Assembly (NCBI GenBank): GCA_964350165.1
Contig: CAYGJA010000002.1
Location: 1 to 62,702, forward strand
Source: an uncultured Candidatus Saccharibacteria bacterium
GTDB lineage: Bacteria; Patescibacteriota; Minisyncoccia; Phycocordibacterales; UBA1006
Length of the DNA stretch: 62,702 nt
Direction of reading: 5' to 3'
The notes below the pieces were generated by a model. It was given only the letters and a program-made list of their open reading frames with translations, did no database searches and was not told where the DNA came from. The first letter of the stretch is position 1. Every line of letters starts with the position of its first letter. This document shows, piece after piece, positions 26,431 to 37,700 of this stretch. The translations under genes were made by a program, and so were the position numbers.

Positions 26431-29400
26431 CTACAAGGTCGATTCCTGTTTTGGATAGTCCAGATAGGTCGAAAGATCTGACAATGTCCAATCCGCACAT
26501 CGCTGTACATCCGTCCATAGATTTCCGGCATTTCCGATGTCGTTTGTTTCTGGTGTTCCGTCGTTTCTAAGGTCTCCGGTCCACCACCTGTCTACTCCAC
26601 CACCTCCATTGTTGTCAATATCAAACAAAGAGTTGAAGTTTTTGAGAGGCTGAAACAAGATACTCCGGTGCCTACAATAGAGACGTCGTTCGGTGTGTTC
26701 TCTGTATACATCAACTGAAAACATTTTTACAGATCGTTTTTCTGGTTCTCCGTAGATATAAGGAGGATCATCAAAACTTACCTCTGCAGTATAGGGATAG
26801 GTGTAGTTGTTTCTGCGGGCTAGGTTTGGACTAACATTTGCATTTGTGTTTTCATTTGCTCCTGGATTGGTCAGTACATAGGGGTGGAATATGGCATAAG
26901 GATCATAATCTACCGCCAATCCTTCGAGAACCGCTTCGTCCGGATAAGCCGGAGAACTGTGTACCAACGTCCCACCAAAATGGTTACAGTTAATTGTTGA
27001 TCCCAAGACGTCTCTGCGGAAACTCGGATAGCTGTTGTTACACCCTTGAGGATTACGGAACAGGATGTTGTTTTCCGAAACACTCTGGCTTTGAGGGAAA
27101 ATTCCTTCTGGTTGATCTAAATACCAGTCAAATTGACCGATTCCATATCTTCCCAAGCTATAAGCATTGCTAAGTTTGCTATCACTGTTGCTGTTGGTGT
27201 TGTCGATCCTTCTAATATCTCGATTGGTTTGGAAAACCGCATCGGTATTAAGTTTGGAAATACAAAAGTGATTCTGATAATCAATTAGCAGGGTTCTGAT
27301 CTGAGCGTTGGTGTAGCCGTTTTGTTTTAGTTTTTCAAGAATATCAGTATCCAATGAACACTGGAAATCAGGCGTGGCAAACTCTACGATATTTGGTCGG
27401 GCAAAGAACTGTACAATACGAAGGGCCTCGTTGTTGTTGGAAAAGCTTCCCACGGTATCCCATAGATAACCAGTCACAGAGTCGCCACCAAATGAGGAAA
27501 TATTGGTTGCAGTTTGTAAGATATCTCGGGAAGGAGCTCCGTCTGTGTTTGCTGGTTCTGGTCTCCCTTCTCTTTCTATGGCTCTCATTACATAGGGAAC
27601 CCTAGAATCAATTCTAATATTGTCTTCAAGGATATCTTGCAGAGCACTCCAGCCAGGATTATTGCTGGTGGTGAGTGAGTTAATATTAGGAGTTACCTGG
27701 ATTTTTCCACTAGGAGTGTCGAAATCAAAAGGAAGATTGTTGATGGTCAAATGGTTTCCTGGCATGAGGTTTTCTGGAATCAATTTATCCAATTTCCACA
27801 ATGCAACGTAACAGCGATCAAGATTGTCGTAGAGATCTGCAAATAATTGTTCTGCTCGCTGTAGTTCTGCTTCGGCATTTCTTACACCAGCATCAGAACC
27901 AATATCTTCTTCTATGCTGAGATAGAGATTGATGATACGGCTAAGTTTTAGCTTGAAGGTATTATCTGCGCTGGGAACGCTAGCAATAAATGCCTGGAGT
28001 TTGCGATTGAAATCAGTAAGCTCACTGAGGTGTTGTTCGTATGTTTGGACATGAAGGACACGATTTGCTGTAGAAGTGTTTCCATCAGAGTCTGTTACTG
28101 AATACGTAATCCGATATTGGTAACCTTTTTCCATCTCTGGTTGACCCGGGCTACCTGGAATTTGTTCCGAAATAAGTGCTCCGTTGCCGGCGTATTGTGC
28201 TGGCTGAGCAACTACTTCTGGAACCGCTGGAGCAGTATAGCTTTCGCTAATATTAATAAAGACACCTGGTTGATTTGGAATAGTCGTTAAAGTGGCGGGG
28301 GTATTGAGAGCTGGGTTCCCAGGGACGATTCTGGTTACGGTTATGTTGTCGACAAGTTGACTATTGAGGTCTGCTTGGAGGGTGGCGTTTTGGCTGTCCT
28401 CTGCATCAACCACGGCTATGTTTTGCATGATGTTAAATGCATAGTCGTCTTCTTGATGAGGAACGGTGATGTTTGTTCCAGACACAATAATCCTTGGCTT
28501 ACTAAAGGCGTTCGATGTTGATCCGGACTCAGTACTTCCAAAATCTTTGAGTTCGTCTTTGGTTAGTCTGTCTTCTGAGATTTCTAGATTACCAAGATCA
28601 TTGACACCTGAACCAAAGACAAGCTCGGGATCATCTTCCCAGGTTGGTGGTTGCTTGGTTAGAATACTTGCTTCTGGTCCCAGGTCTTCTATTAGCTCTC
28701 GTACTCGTATCATGGTTGATACTGCGTTTTGTTTTTGACTTGCTTCTTCTAGGATCTGAGAACCTTGACCTACTTCTTTGATGGCAGCATCTACAATGGT
28801 GGAGAATTCGAATTGAAGCGCAAAGGGGCTGTCGGGCATGGCTTCGTTAACAAGGCTTACTTGTCGGTCGAGTTCTTCTTCTAGGTCTTTCATGAACTGT
28901 CTTTGCGCTCTACGCTTATCGGTATTGCTATTTATGTTTTGATTAACTTCTTCAAACAGTGCTCTGGTGTCGTTTCTAAAATTACTACGCAAACGTTGTT
29001 CCCAGCCAAAATCTGGACCCAGTACGCATTCTTGGTCGAGCACGAGTAAGGGTGCTCCCGCGGCCTGGAACACTTCCCCTGCTTGACGAAGAGCGTTAGC
29101 TTGACGAGAAGTGGCGTTTATTTGTTTATTAATAAGTGAAAAATCAATATCTCGATTGCCTAGTAATTGCCAGGCTTGGTCATCACCAGTAGTGAGATTG
29201 TCGGCGACTTTTCCGTAAAGATAAGAAAAGGGACCCAGTTGTGTGACTTGAGCAACCACCTCTTGGGAACGATTACGAATTTCTCCTGCAGCTGCTTGAA
29301 TACCCCCCCTGATCACAGCCGAAGCCGCTTCGGCCAAAAGCTCTCCGCCTAATTTTTGCCAAGTGTCTACTTCACCAGTGACTGCAAAAGATTTTGTAAT

Positions 29401-30681
29401 AGCACCAGCCAGTGTCTCTCCTACGGCTGCACTTGGGGAATTTGTTGTAAAGGCTTTACAAATTGACTGCGCTGTTCCATCTCTAAAAAGTTGCTGCCCT
29501 TCTCTTTCGCAGGTTTTTTCTGGGAGTATTCCTCCAGAGGTTGCTTCTGTCAAAGCCGCTTTCAGACGTCTATCAGCGGATAATGCAACCCTGTTTGCTA
29601 CGGTAAAAGCAGTTCCAATAGCATTGTTTCCTGGTAGCAATAAAGCATCCCAGCCACCATAAGGGTCAAGTGGGTCAAATCCTATCGTGGCGTCTTTTCC
29701 ATAATTTAACCACTGTTCTCCGAGGATGCTCTCGAGGGTTGTTTCGACTGTTCCGGCTAGTGTTGATCCATACTCACGAACGGTATTTTGGGCAAGCCTG
29801 GTAGCAAAAGCATTGACATCTTTGCCGGGAAGTGTTTCTGCTCGTACGGGTTTTCCGGTACCATCATTGGCGTTAAGTACGGACTGGCCAATAGGTCGAG
29901 CGTTCTCTGGATTACCTGTGTCCCAGCCGGTTGTTTGGAAAGTCAAAGCCTCGGAGTTGATAAGTGTAAAAGTAAATTCCCATTGTGTGTCTGACATGGT
30001 GCAACGTTCCTGGGATATACCAGGTTGGCAGATGGTTGTGGGCCTGTTTGGGTTCGCAGTACTTGCGCACGATCCGTCTGGCTCATAGCCGTCACAGTAA
30101 TCAGTTATTTCTTTGAAGTAGACGCCAGTAACAAAATCATCAAAGGCGGTGGCGTCTGTTTGGGGATTGCGATTATAAGCACTGGCAAGATAGTTCTGTA
30201 TCCAGACTGGTGTTTCGTATGCGGTTCCAAAAAACTCTCTTTGGCCTTTCGCTCCAGCATCATAGGAGCTTGCAGTAATCGCTTTTGTTAGCTCAGAGAG
30301 ACCTTGACGCAAGGCAGCATTGGGGGCTTCTGCAATGAATTGATCAAAAGCATTCACAAACAGCTGGTTGCCTCCCTTGAAGCCACCAGCAATCCATTGA
30401 TAGGTGGCGTTGCTGAGTTTTTGGCCTGCAATCTGTGCTGCATTAATGGCAACAGCGTCTAGTACTTCTTTTACATAGCGCTCGTAGATACTGTTAGCTG
30501 TTCTGGTTGTGCTCTCTACTGATTCTTTTGCCCTGTTCCCTGTTTCTGCCAGATTTTGCGCATCGTCAAAATCGGGTCCTGCTGCTTGAGCAAAAACCAC
30601 AATGTTTCCTGGCCAAACAAAACCACTAGTCAAAAGAAGCGTGAGTGTAAGAAGGAATTTGAAAATTGTTTTTTTATTCAT
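26431..30681 (-). CDS. Large secreted hypothetical protein with a DUF5011-like Ig domain
   Basis: 1416 aa; signal peptide; AVVDAED...YRITYSVTDSDGNTSTANRVLHV. Confidence 0.65.
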   Translation of the reverse strand: MNKKTIFKFLLTLTLLLTSGFVWPGNIVVFAQAAGPDFDDAQNLAETGNRAKESVESTTRTANSIYERYVKEVLDAVAINAAQIAGQKLSNATYQWIAGGFKGGNQLFVNAFDQFIAEAPNAALRQGLSELTKAITASSYDAGAKGQREFFGTAYETPVWIQNYLASAYNRNPQTDATAFDDFVTGVYFKEITDYCDGYEPDGSCASTANPNRPTTICQPGISQERCTMSDTQWEFTFTLINSEALTFQTTGWDTGNPENARPIGQSVLNANDGTGKPVRAETLPGKDVNAFATRLAQNTVREYGSTLAGTVETTLESILGEQWLNYGKDATIGFDPLDPYGGWDALLLPGNNAIGTAFTVANRVALSADRRLKAALTEATSGGILPEKTCEREGQQLFRDGTAQSICKAFTTNSPSAAVGETLAGAITKSFAVTGEVDTWQKLGGELLAEAASAVIRGGIQAAAGEIRNRSQEVVAQVTQLGPFSYLYGKVADNLTTGDDQAWQLLGNRDIDFSLINKQINATSRQANALRQAGEVFQAAGAPLLVLDQECVLGPDFGWEQRLRSNFRNDTRALFEEVNQNINSNTDKRRAQRQFMKDLEEELDRQVSLVNEAMPDSPFALQFEFSTIVDAAIKEVGQGSQILEEASQKQNAVSTMIRVRELIEDLGPEASILTKQPPTWEDDPELVFGSGVNDLGNLEISEDRLTKDELKDFGSTESGSTSNAFSKPRIIVSGTNITVPHQEDDYAFNIMQNIAVVDAEDSQNATLQADLNSQLVDNITVTRIVPGNPALNTPATLTTIPNQPGVFINISESYTAPAVPEVVAQPAQYAGNGALISEQIPGSPGQPEMEKGYQYRITYSVTDSDGNTSTANRVLHVQTYEQHLSELTDFNRKLQAFIASVPSADNTFKLKLSRIINLYLSIEEDIGSDAGVRNAEAELQRAEQLFADLYDNLDRCYVALWKLDKLIPENLMPGNHLTINNLPFDFDTPSGKIQVTPNINSLTTSNNPGWSALQDILEDNIRIDSRVPYVMRAIEREGRPEPANTDGAPSRDILQTATNISSFGGDSVTGYLWDTVGSFSNNNEALRIVQFFARPNIVEFATPDFQCSLDTDILEKLKQNGYTNAQIRTLLIDYQNHFCISKLNTDAVFQTNRDIRRIDNTNSNSDSKLSNAYSLGRYGIGQFDWYLDQPEGIFPQSQSVSENNILFRNPQGCNNSYPSFRRDVLGSTINCNHFGGTLVHSSPAYPDEAVLEGLAVDYDPYAIFHPYVLTNPGANENTNANVSPNLARRNNYTYPYTAEVSFDDPPYIYGEPEKRSVKMFSVDVYREHTERRLYCRHRSILFQPLKNFNSLFDIDNNGGGGVDRWWTGDLRNDGTPETNDIGNAGNLWTDVQRCADWTLSDLSTYLDYPKQESTL

Positions 30682-30687
30682 AAAAGA

Positions 30688-31656
30688 TTAGAGAGCTGTT
30701 TCTATGTTGGTAATATACCACTGCAATTCATTGGCGTAGGTAACAATATTGGCCTGATATCGAAGCAGGGCGGCATAGCCCGGCAAAGCATCTTCTTCGT
30801 AGTTTCGAATACCCGCCAGGTCTACTGCCACGCGAACAAGGGCATTCGTAAGAAGCAGGTGTTGAGATACGTAACGGCTAGGTATCTCTATACTTTCTAG
30901 TTTTCCTATCATTTCAATTACTTCGCTTAGGCTTACGTCAATGCCTTTTTTAAGGAAGGCGGCATCTCGATTGGTTGTGTAGTTTTCAAAAATAAGCAAA
31001 GGGTCTGTCTCAATAAAATTTACAGAAGTTACTTCAAGAACAAGCTCAATATAAGATTGCTCTCGATTGGGATCATATTCGTCTAATATAATAAAGTCAG
31101 TTTCGGATCGTAGTGGGTACGAATGGTTGTAGATTAAACCTTCCACATAACCATTTACTATTTCTTGTTCTAGTTCAGGGGTCAGTTCTCCTAATTTTTC
31201 AAGAATCTGAGTTTTGAGATAGACGTCCTGTGCCACCTGGTCAGTTATGGTCTGGCCACTTTCGAGGCTTTGGTTTTGTTGTAGTTGTGCTAGTTCTGCG
31301 TCACTTGCTTCGGGATACTGGGCACGCAGTCTTTGTAGTTCAAGAATCCCAAGTGTGTTTTCTGTTACCGCAAGAACAGAATCATCACCTACCCCGTCGC
31401 TGTTGGTGTCAAAGGCGAGAGGATTGGTTCCGAGCAAGAGTTCTCGCCAGTCTGGTATACCGTCTCCATCACTATCTGTTTCACTGATTTCATCTGCAGT
31501 ACGGTTGTCGAGGATTTTTGTTGAAGGAGCGGTGTTCTTTTTTTGCATAACCAAGCCCGCCAACCCCATGAGTAAAAGGAAAAGAGCTAGGACAATAATT
31601 AATAATTCTTTTTTACCAAAAGACTTGCCGGACTTTATGTTGTTAGGTTTTGCCAT
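30688..31656 (-). CDS. Membrane-anchored protein with Ca-binding DxDxDG (bacterial TSP3-like) repeats
   Basis: TM helix, then DSDGDGIPDWRE.LLGTNP...DTNSDGVGD. Confidence 0.7.
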   Translation of the reverse strand: MAKPNNIKSGKSFGKKELLIIVLALFLLLMGLAGLVMQKKNTAPSTKILDNRTADEISETDSDGDGIPDWRELLLGTNPLAFDTNSDGVGDDSVLAVTENTLGILELQRLRAQYPEASDAELAQLQQNQSLESGQTITDQVAQDVYLKTQILEKLGELTPELEQEIVNGYVEGLIYNHSYPLRSETDFIILDEYDPNREQSYIELVLEVTSVNFIETDPLLIFENYTTNRDAAFLKKGIDVSLSEVIEMIGKLESIEIPSRYVSQHLLLTNALVRVAVDLAGIRNYEEDALPGYAALLRYQANIVTYANELQWYITNIETAL

Positions 31657-31672
31657 ATGTGTCTTGATTGTA

Positions 31673-32482
31673 CTATTTTTTGAAGAACTGTGGATACTCC
31701 TGTGGATTTTTTATTGTTTTCCAGAGAGCGAGTATTTGTTTTGGGGTTAAATCTTCTGCGCGTACCGATAGAGTGTGTCCTGCTTGGGTTAATGTTTCTT
31801 GGATTTTTTCTAGTGGAAAGAAAGGTTTGAGGTTGGTGGTGAGCATTTTTCGTTTACCAGCAAAGACTTGTCGCAAAAAGACAAAAAAATCCTCGCGGTC
31901 TTTCTGGGTATGAAAAGGTTGTAAAATATGGGAAAAATGAACCACTGCCGAAGAAACCTTGGGTGGCGGGCTAAAAGAGCCTGGTTTTACGGTGCAGATT
32001 ATTTTGGGCTGACAATAGATAGATACGGCTGTGCCTAGGATTGAGTTTTTTCCGTCGCGCATCACAATACGTTCGGCTACTTCTTTTTGCATCAAAAGCA
32101 CCATTTGGATAGGTGGCTGTTCTGAATCAAGGATATGTTTGATAATGGCCCCCGTAATATAAAAAGGAATATTGCCAATAACCTTGTAATTGTTTGTTTT
32201 TGGGGTCCATTCGAGGATGTCTTGGTGTTGGAGAGATAGCTTGTTTGTTTGTATCGCTGACTGAAGTTCTGTTTGCAGGACTTCTATCATGCGTTGATCC
32301 ATTTCGATGGCTTGGATGTGCTTAGCTTTGGTTTGGACTAGTTCCCGCGTCAAAAACCCTTTACCTGGACCGATTTCGACCACTGTGTCCCCCGTCTGAA
32401 TATCCAGCGCGTCAATCATTTTGGTAACTACGGTGGTGTTGGTCAAAAAATTCTGCCCCAGGCTTTTTTTGGCGCGTATCAT
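31673..32482 (-). CDS. rsmA: 16S rRNA adenine dimethyltransferase RsmA/KsgA
   Basis: KKSLGQNFL, VEIGPGKG, GNIPFYIT, QKEVAERI, FSPPPKVSS. Confidence 0.96.
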   Translation of the reverse strand: MIRAKKSLGQNFLTNTTVVTKMIDALDIQTGDTVVEIGPGKGFLTRELVQTKAKHIQAIEMDQRMIEVLQTELQSAIQTNKLSLQHQDILEWTPKTNNYKVIGNIPFYITGAIIKHILDSEQPPIQMVLLMQKEVAERIVMRDGKNSILGTAVSIYCQPKIICTVKPGSFSPPPKVSSAVVHFSHILQPFHTQKDREDFFVFLRQVFAGKRKMLTTNLKPFFPLEKIQETLTQAGHTLSVRAEDLTPKQILALWKTIKNPQEYPQFFKK

Positions 32483-32491
32483 GTTGGTATT

Positions 32492-34414
32492 CTACCAGTC
32501 TAGGTAATTAGTTCCTTCGGAATGGTCGGTCTGGTCGTATTGTTGGTAGATAGAATCAGTTTCTACGAGATGATCAGGGATATCATGCAAGAATTCAGAA
32601 GGGCTCTGGACCACATCCTGGCCAAAAATACGCCGAATTTGGGCCCAGGACAGATAGAGCTTTTCTTTGGCGCGAGTAAAAGCAACGTAACACAGTCGGC
32701 GCTCTTCCTCCTTGTCGCGGTCGTCATTGCCACGATCGCTTGGAAATAGCCCCTGCTCCATACCGGCTACGAATACAATGGGAAACTCTAGGCCTTTGGC
32801 GGCGTGAATAGTCATCATGCGAACAGCACCATAGGTATCGTCGGTGTCCAGATTGTCTTGTTCGCCCAAGAGAGCCGCATCTTCTACCAGCTGTTGTAGC
32901 CCATCTGGGGCTGGCAAATGGTCGTACTGAGCGGCAAAACTTACTAATTCTTTGATGTTTTCAAAACGTTCTTGGTCATCCGTACTACCCTCCTGGAGAC
33001 TGGTCTGAATGCCGGTGGTGAGCAGTAATGATTGGAGAAATTCGCTAGTGGTTGCTTCGGTTGCTTGCTGTTTGAGGTTCTCGATTATTTCTGTGAAATG
33101 AGCAAAGCTCTCTTTGGCTTTTTTGGTGAGTGATTCGGGGTGACCACTCATAATGTGAGCAATAGAAGTGTTGCCGATGCCTCGTTTGGGGAAATTAACG
33201 ATTCGCTTGAGATCACCCAATGAATCCTGATTGAGAACGTAGCGTACATAACTAATCACATCTTTTACTTCTCGTCGTTCAAAGAACTTGGTGCCTAATA
33301 ATTGATACGGTACACCGGTGCGCATTAGGGCTTCTTCGATGAGGCGCGATTGGAAATTGGTGCGGTACAAAATACAAATATCGCCTGGTTTATGGCCGTT
33401 TTTAACCAAGGTGTTGATTTGGCGAGCAATCCAGCCTGCTTCGGATGGGGCGGACATGGCCTGGTAGATGGATATCTGTTCCCCGCCAGCTTTGGTGGCC
33501 CGAAGCGCTTTGTCAAAACGACTGCTGTTCTTCCTGATGATTTCGTGGGCAGCGTCGAGGATGTTTTTGCTAGAGCGGTAGTTTTGTTCCAGAATTACGA
33601 CTTTTGAGCCGGGAAAATCACGTTCGAATTGCAGGATATTGCGGATGGTGGCACCACGCCAGCTGTAAATAGTCTGGTCACTGTCCCCCACGGCACAAAT
33701 GTTCTGATTATCATTTAGAAGAAGTTTGCATAATTGGTACTGAATATCATTGGTATCTTGGTATTCATCAACGTGCACATGGCTCCAGCGTTTTTGATAT
33801 TTTTCTCGGATATCGGGGCGGTCCTTGAGGAGTTGATAGCTTTTGAGGAGAAGATCGCTAAAATCTAGGCTCTTTTGTTGGGTTTTTAGTTTTTCATAGG
33901 TGGACCACACCGGAGACATGATGTCATCAATAGCAGAGCCTTCGCCCAGAATGGCTTCGGCGTTGAGTCCCTTGCCTTTGTGAAGGCTGATGCGGTTGCG
34001 GATTTGTTTTGGGTCCCATTCTTTGGGGTTAACGCCTTCTTGTTCCATGGCTTCTTTGATTAGGGCCAGACCGTCTCCCCCATCGAGAATCGTAAAATAT
34101 TTCGGTAATCCCAATTCGTGATGGTTCTCGCGCAATATATGCACTCCCAGGGCGTGAAAAGTACTGGTAAAAGGTAGTCCATCGTCGGCGCGAAGCAGGG
34201 CCGCTAGACGTTCGCGCATCTCGGCCGCAGCCTTGTTGGTAAAGGTAATGGCGAGGATTTGATCTGGCCTGACACCACTTTCTATTAGGTGGCGAATACG
34301 ATAGGTCAAAGTGCGGGTTTTGCCGGTTCCGGCGCCAGCCACAACCAATAATGGTCCGCTGGTGTGACCGGCGGCGGCGCGCTGTTCTTCGTTTAATTCT
34401 TCCAAATACGACAC
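32492..34414 (-). CDS. pcrA: UvrD/PcrA ATP-dependent DNA helicase
   Basis: VAGAGTGKT, ITFTNKAA, VDEYQDTN, QNYRS, TIHAAKGLEF, EERRL.YVA.TRAK. Confidence 0.95.
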   Translation of the reverse strand: MSYLEELNEEQRAAAGHTSGPLLVVAGAGTGKTRTLTYRIRHLIESGVRPDQILAITFTNKAAAEMRERLAALLRADDGLPFTSTFHALGVHILRENHHELGLPKYFTILDGGDGLALIKEAMEQEGVNPKEWDPKQIRNRISLHKGKGLNAEAILGEGSAIDDIMSPVWSTYEKLKTQQKSLDFSDLLLKSYQLLKDRPDIREKYQKRWSHVHVDEYQDTNDIQYQLCKLLLNDNQNICAVGDSDQTIYSWRGATIRNILQFERDFPGSKVVILEQNYRSSKNILDAAHEIIRKNSSRFDKALRATKAGGEQISIYQAMSAPSEAGWIARQINTLVKNGHKPGDICILYRTNFQSRLIEEALMRTGVPYQLLGTKFFERREVKDVISYVRYVLNQDSLGDLKRIVNFPKRGIGNTSIAHIMSGHPESLTKKAKESFAHFTEIIENLKQQATEATTSEFLQSLLLTTGIQTSLQEGSTDDQERFENIKELVSFAAQYDHLPAPDGLQQLVEDAALLGEQDNLDTDDTYGAVRMMTIHAAKGLEFPIVFVAGMEQGLFPSDRGNDDRDKEEERRLCYVAFTRAKEKLYLSWAQIRRIFGQDVVQSPSEFLHDIPDHLVETDSIYQQYDQTDHSEGTNYLDW

Positions 34415-34463
34415 AAGGGGCAGTATACCACTACCCCTTGGGAACCGACTATTTTGTTTTTGT

Positions 34464-34763
34464 TTATTGAGGCAAGACTGCGTCAGCGTGTTCTTTTATT
34501 TTTACCAATTCTTCGCGTAGGATTTCTTGGAAATTTGGAGCTGCTTCCTGGAGCATGTTCATGAGTTCTTCTGGGGACATGTCTTCGCTGAACTTGGCTT
34601 CAAAGGCTGTTTGTTGGTCTTCTTCCATGTCGGCCAGTACTCGAGTCATGGCTCCCTGGAATACGAGTTCGCCTAGTTGGACAAGCATTTGTTCTTGTTT
34701 TTCGGCGGGAAGACTTTCGAGATTGAATAATTCGATTATTTGTTGGCGTATTGTTTGATCCAT
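34464..34763 (-). CDS. Small acidic helical protein (DUF5663-like)
   Basis: LFNLESLPAEKQEQML pattern typical of CPR DUF5663-type proteins. Confidence 0.55.
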   Translation of the reverse strand: MDQTIRQQIIELFNLESLPAEKQEQMLVQLGELVFQGAMTRVLADMEEDQQTAFEAKFSEDMSPEELMNMLQEAAPNFQEILREELVKIKEHADAVLPQ

Positions 34764-34793
34764 AAAAATTCTTGATTAGATAATAACTGTATT

Positions 34794-37700
34794 TTAACGT
34801 AACTTTTCAACTATTTCTTGGCTGGCGCGGATTTTTTTGAGTTCTTCATACAAATGAGCAAAAGTAGGGTATGTCTTTTCGGAAAGGCCCATTTTTTTGA
34901 TAATGCCTCCATAGGTTTCGGTTAAGTTAAAGAGAAGTTTTGCCTGACCTGGAGAGAACTGTTTGGCGGGGTCGGTAATTCCGGCATTTATCCTGTTTGT
35001 GAATTGGACGAGGGCACCCTCGGGATTAGTCTTTGCCATGTTTAGTGAGGTTGAATTGTCTCCTAGAAAACTAGTCGGTACTGGTTTGTGGCTGAGGTCT
35101 CCCCAGGTTTGGGCAGCGTCGGCGGGCTTGATGTCCCAGGTGGGATTTATTTTGGTGCCGTCGATAGTTACTGGTTTGCCTCGGAATGCTTTAGTCAGTT
35201 CTTTGTCGATTTGGCCTGGTATTATCTTTGTTTCTTGGTAGTACGTCTCCCCGCCGTTTGTGCCGGGATAGGTTTCTGGACCAGTCGCTTGTCCTGGTTC
35301 GGGTAAATTGTCTGTTTGGGGAGACTGGGTACCGACGAGTTCTTCCCAATTTCTATTAAAGTCGTCTTTTCTTTTGAGTTTGTCAACCTTGGTGTTAAGT
35401 AGCAGGAGTGCACCCGCCCCTCCTGCTACTGCTCCCTCTGAGGCGGCTTCGTATTTATTCGTATTTAGGTAGGCGTCCCCGGCTTTTTCTCCATCAGAAA
35501 AAGGATCTTCATCAATAGCTCCATCATCATAAATACCAAAATCAGTAGGTTCAATGACTTCGTATTTATTCGCATCTAGGTATTCGTCCTGAACAGTTGT
35601 GTTTTGTTTAGGGATATCGCCCGATTTGCCCCAGACGTATTCATCTGATTCGAAGTCTGAGTTTTCAAATTTTGCGCCGAATGCATGGTTTTCGATGTCA
35701 TCTCCGCGGATTTCTTGGATGAACATCTTCCCCTGGTCGTCTATTTGTGGCACATATTGGGTCTTACCAATAGCATCGGCAGTGAGACGGATTTGGTCTC
35801 CCCCGTCGGCATTCATGTAGCCAGTATTTTCCATAATGAATTTATAGAAGGCTGGAGTGTCTGGCTTGCCTTCGAAGCCGTTCTTGGCGGCAAATTCAGC
35901 GAATCGTTTCATTTTGTCTGGATCGGCCCGCAATACTCTGGCTACGATCTGGCTGATACCATCGCCGGGACGAACCGTGGCTAGGTTTGCTATTTTTTCT
36001 GTGGAAGAAGTAGGTTCGATTGCTGGGTCACTATCACCTGTTCCTGTCTCGCCTGCTTTTGCCTCCATTTTGGTAGGCGATCCTGAAGTCTCGGTGCCGT
36101 CTGGTTTTGCTTTGACGACTGCTTTTATGGTGGAATCTTCTTTCGTAGATGCTCCGGGGTTGGTTATTGATTCTCCACTGTCCGCCTCCACCTCCGGCGC
36201 ATTGCCATCTTCGTCCCAATACCAATCGTGCACCGCATCTGCTCCATAAGCGATACCAGTCGTTAGTGAAGACACAAGTATCTTGACCCCAGCCTTCTTT
36301 AGCTTTTGATGTCTCTGGCTGTGTTTTGCTTTGGCTACATCGGCTAGATATTTGGTGCTAATTTCGTCCATCTTATCGGCCAAAATGTCACTGGCCATTT
36401 CTTGAGCTTTTTCTCTGTGTGTTTCTGTCTGTTTTTCGATGAGTTCCTCCGTCTTGTCTTTTACTAGGCGGGCGGACGCCACTTCGCCAAGCCCAGCACT
36501 CGCACCCGAGTAGAGTGCTTTGAGTCCAAGAGCGGTAAAGCTGACGCCACCGGTGGCAACCCCGCTAATTAGAGCAAATACAAAGAAGCTAATTGTTCGT
36601 CGTTTCCAGACTGGCATTTTTTGGTATTTTTCCCATAGTTTGCCGAGTATGCTCTTTTGGTTAAAGCGTTCTTGGTCTAGGTTTTGCAGTTCGTCAACAA
36701 CAAACGTCTGGAACAATTCGGCTTTGAGAGCTTCTTCATTAGTATTGCTATTAGAATTCCTCCCTTCTTGTTGTTTTATGGCAGCTGTGCGCAGGGCCGC
36801 GTGATAGGCACCTTTTTCTTCTTGGAGCTTTTTTTGGAGCTCTTGTTTGGTTTGTTCAAAGACTGCTTTTTTCTCTCGGCTACCAAATTTTTTCCAGATA
36901 CGAGTTGCTTTTCGGTATTCACGTTCGGCGTTAACATAGTCATATCGCGCCGCAGCTACAGTTGTCTCCGGGCTTGATGATGATTCTGGGGTTTCTGGAG
37001 AAATTTCATCCTTGTATATTTTGTAAACTACACCGGTGGCTGATTGGGCAAAATATTCTCCGTTTTCTTCATAGATCCGATGTATATCGCTTCCTTTTAG
37101 CTTAAAAGTGTCTAGGCTTAAGTCGTATTGCAAATCAGCAGGCAGCCTCTCTCCTGCAGGCGTTTCGAATATCATCGTTGTCCCCGCTACAAAACCAGCT
37201 TTTGCCACTATGTTAGCTGCTTCTTCTTCGCGTTCCTCAAGAGACATTTCCAGAGAAGGCCCTTCCTCTTCGCTGGTTTTTTTGACCTTTACTTCAAATT
37301 CACCCACTCTATCAATATGCAGGATGCACTTTCCGTCTGATTCGGTTATTTGCGTCAACCTACCATTAAAGTATTCTCCTCCTAGTTTGACGTCATCAGG
37401 CAAAGTTAATTCTCCGATATTGGTCTGGTTTTCCCGTTGTTTAAATTTAATTGTTTTTCCAGCTAATAGTTCGTAGTCAGCCGCTAGTCGGCGTGATTCT
37501 ATAAGGACTTCTTTAACTTTTTGTATTTCTACCGCTAAATCATTGAGGCGCACCTGCTGGTCTCCCTTTTCTGTATCGTCCTTTATTTCTTCAGCTTCCT
37601 TGCGAGCTAGAACCAATCCTGCCTCAGCCAGGCCTTGGTCTAGGTCTTCGTAGGCACCGTCGATCTTGATGTAGCCTCTGATCTTGTTTACGTAATCATC

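Noticed and set aside
31689-31710. TGTGGATAC/TGTGGATTT DnaA-box-like 9-mers
   Set aside because: Inside the rsmA coding end, two degenerate copies only; compatible with chance
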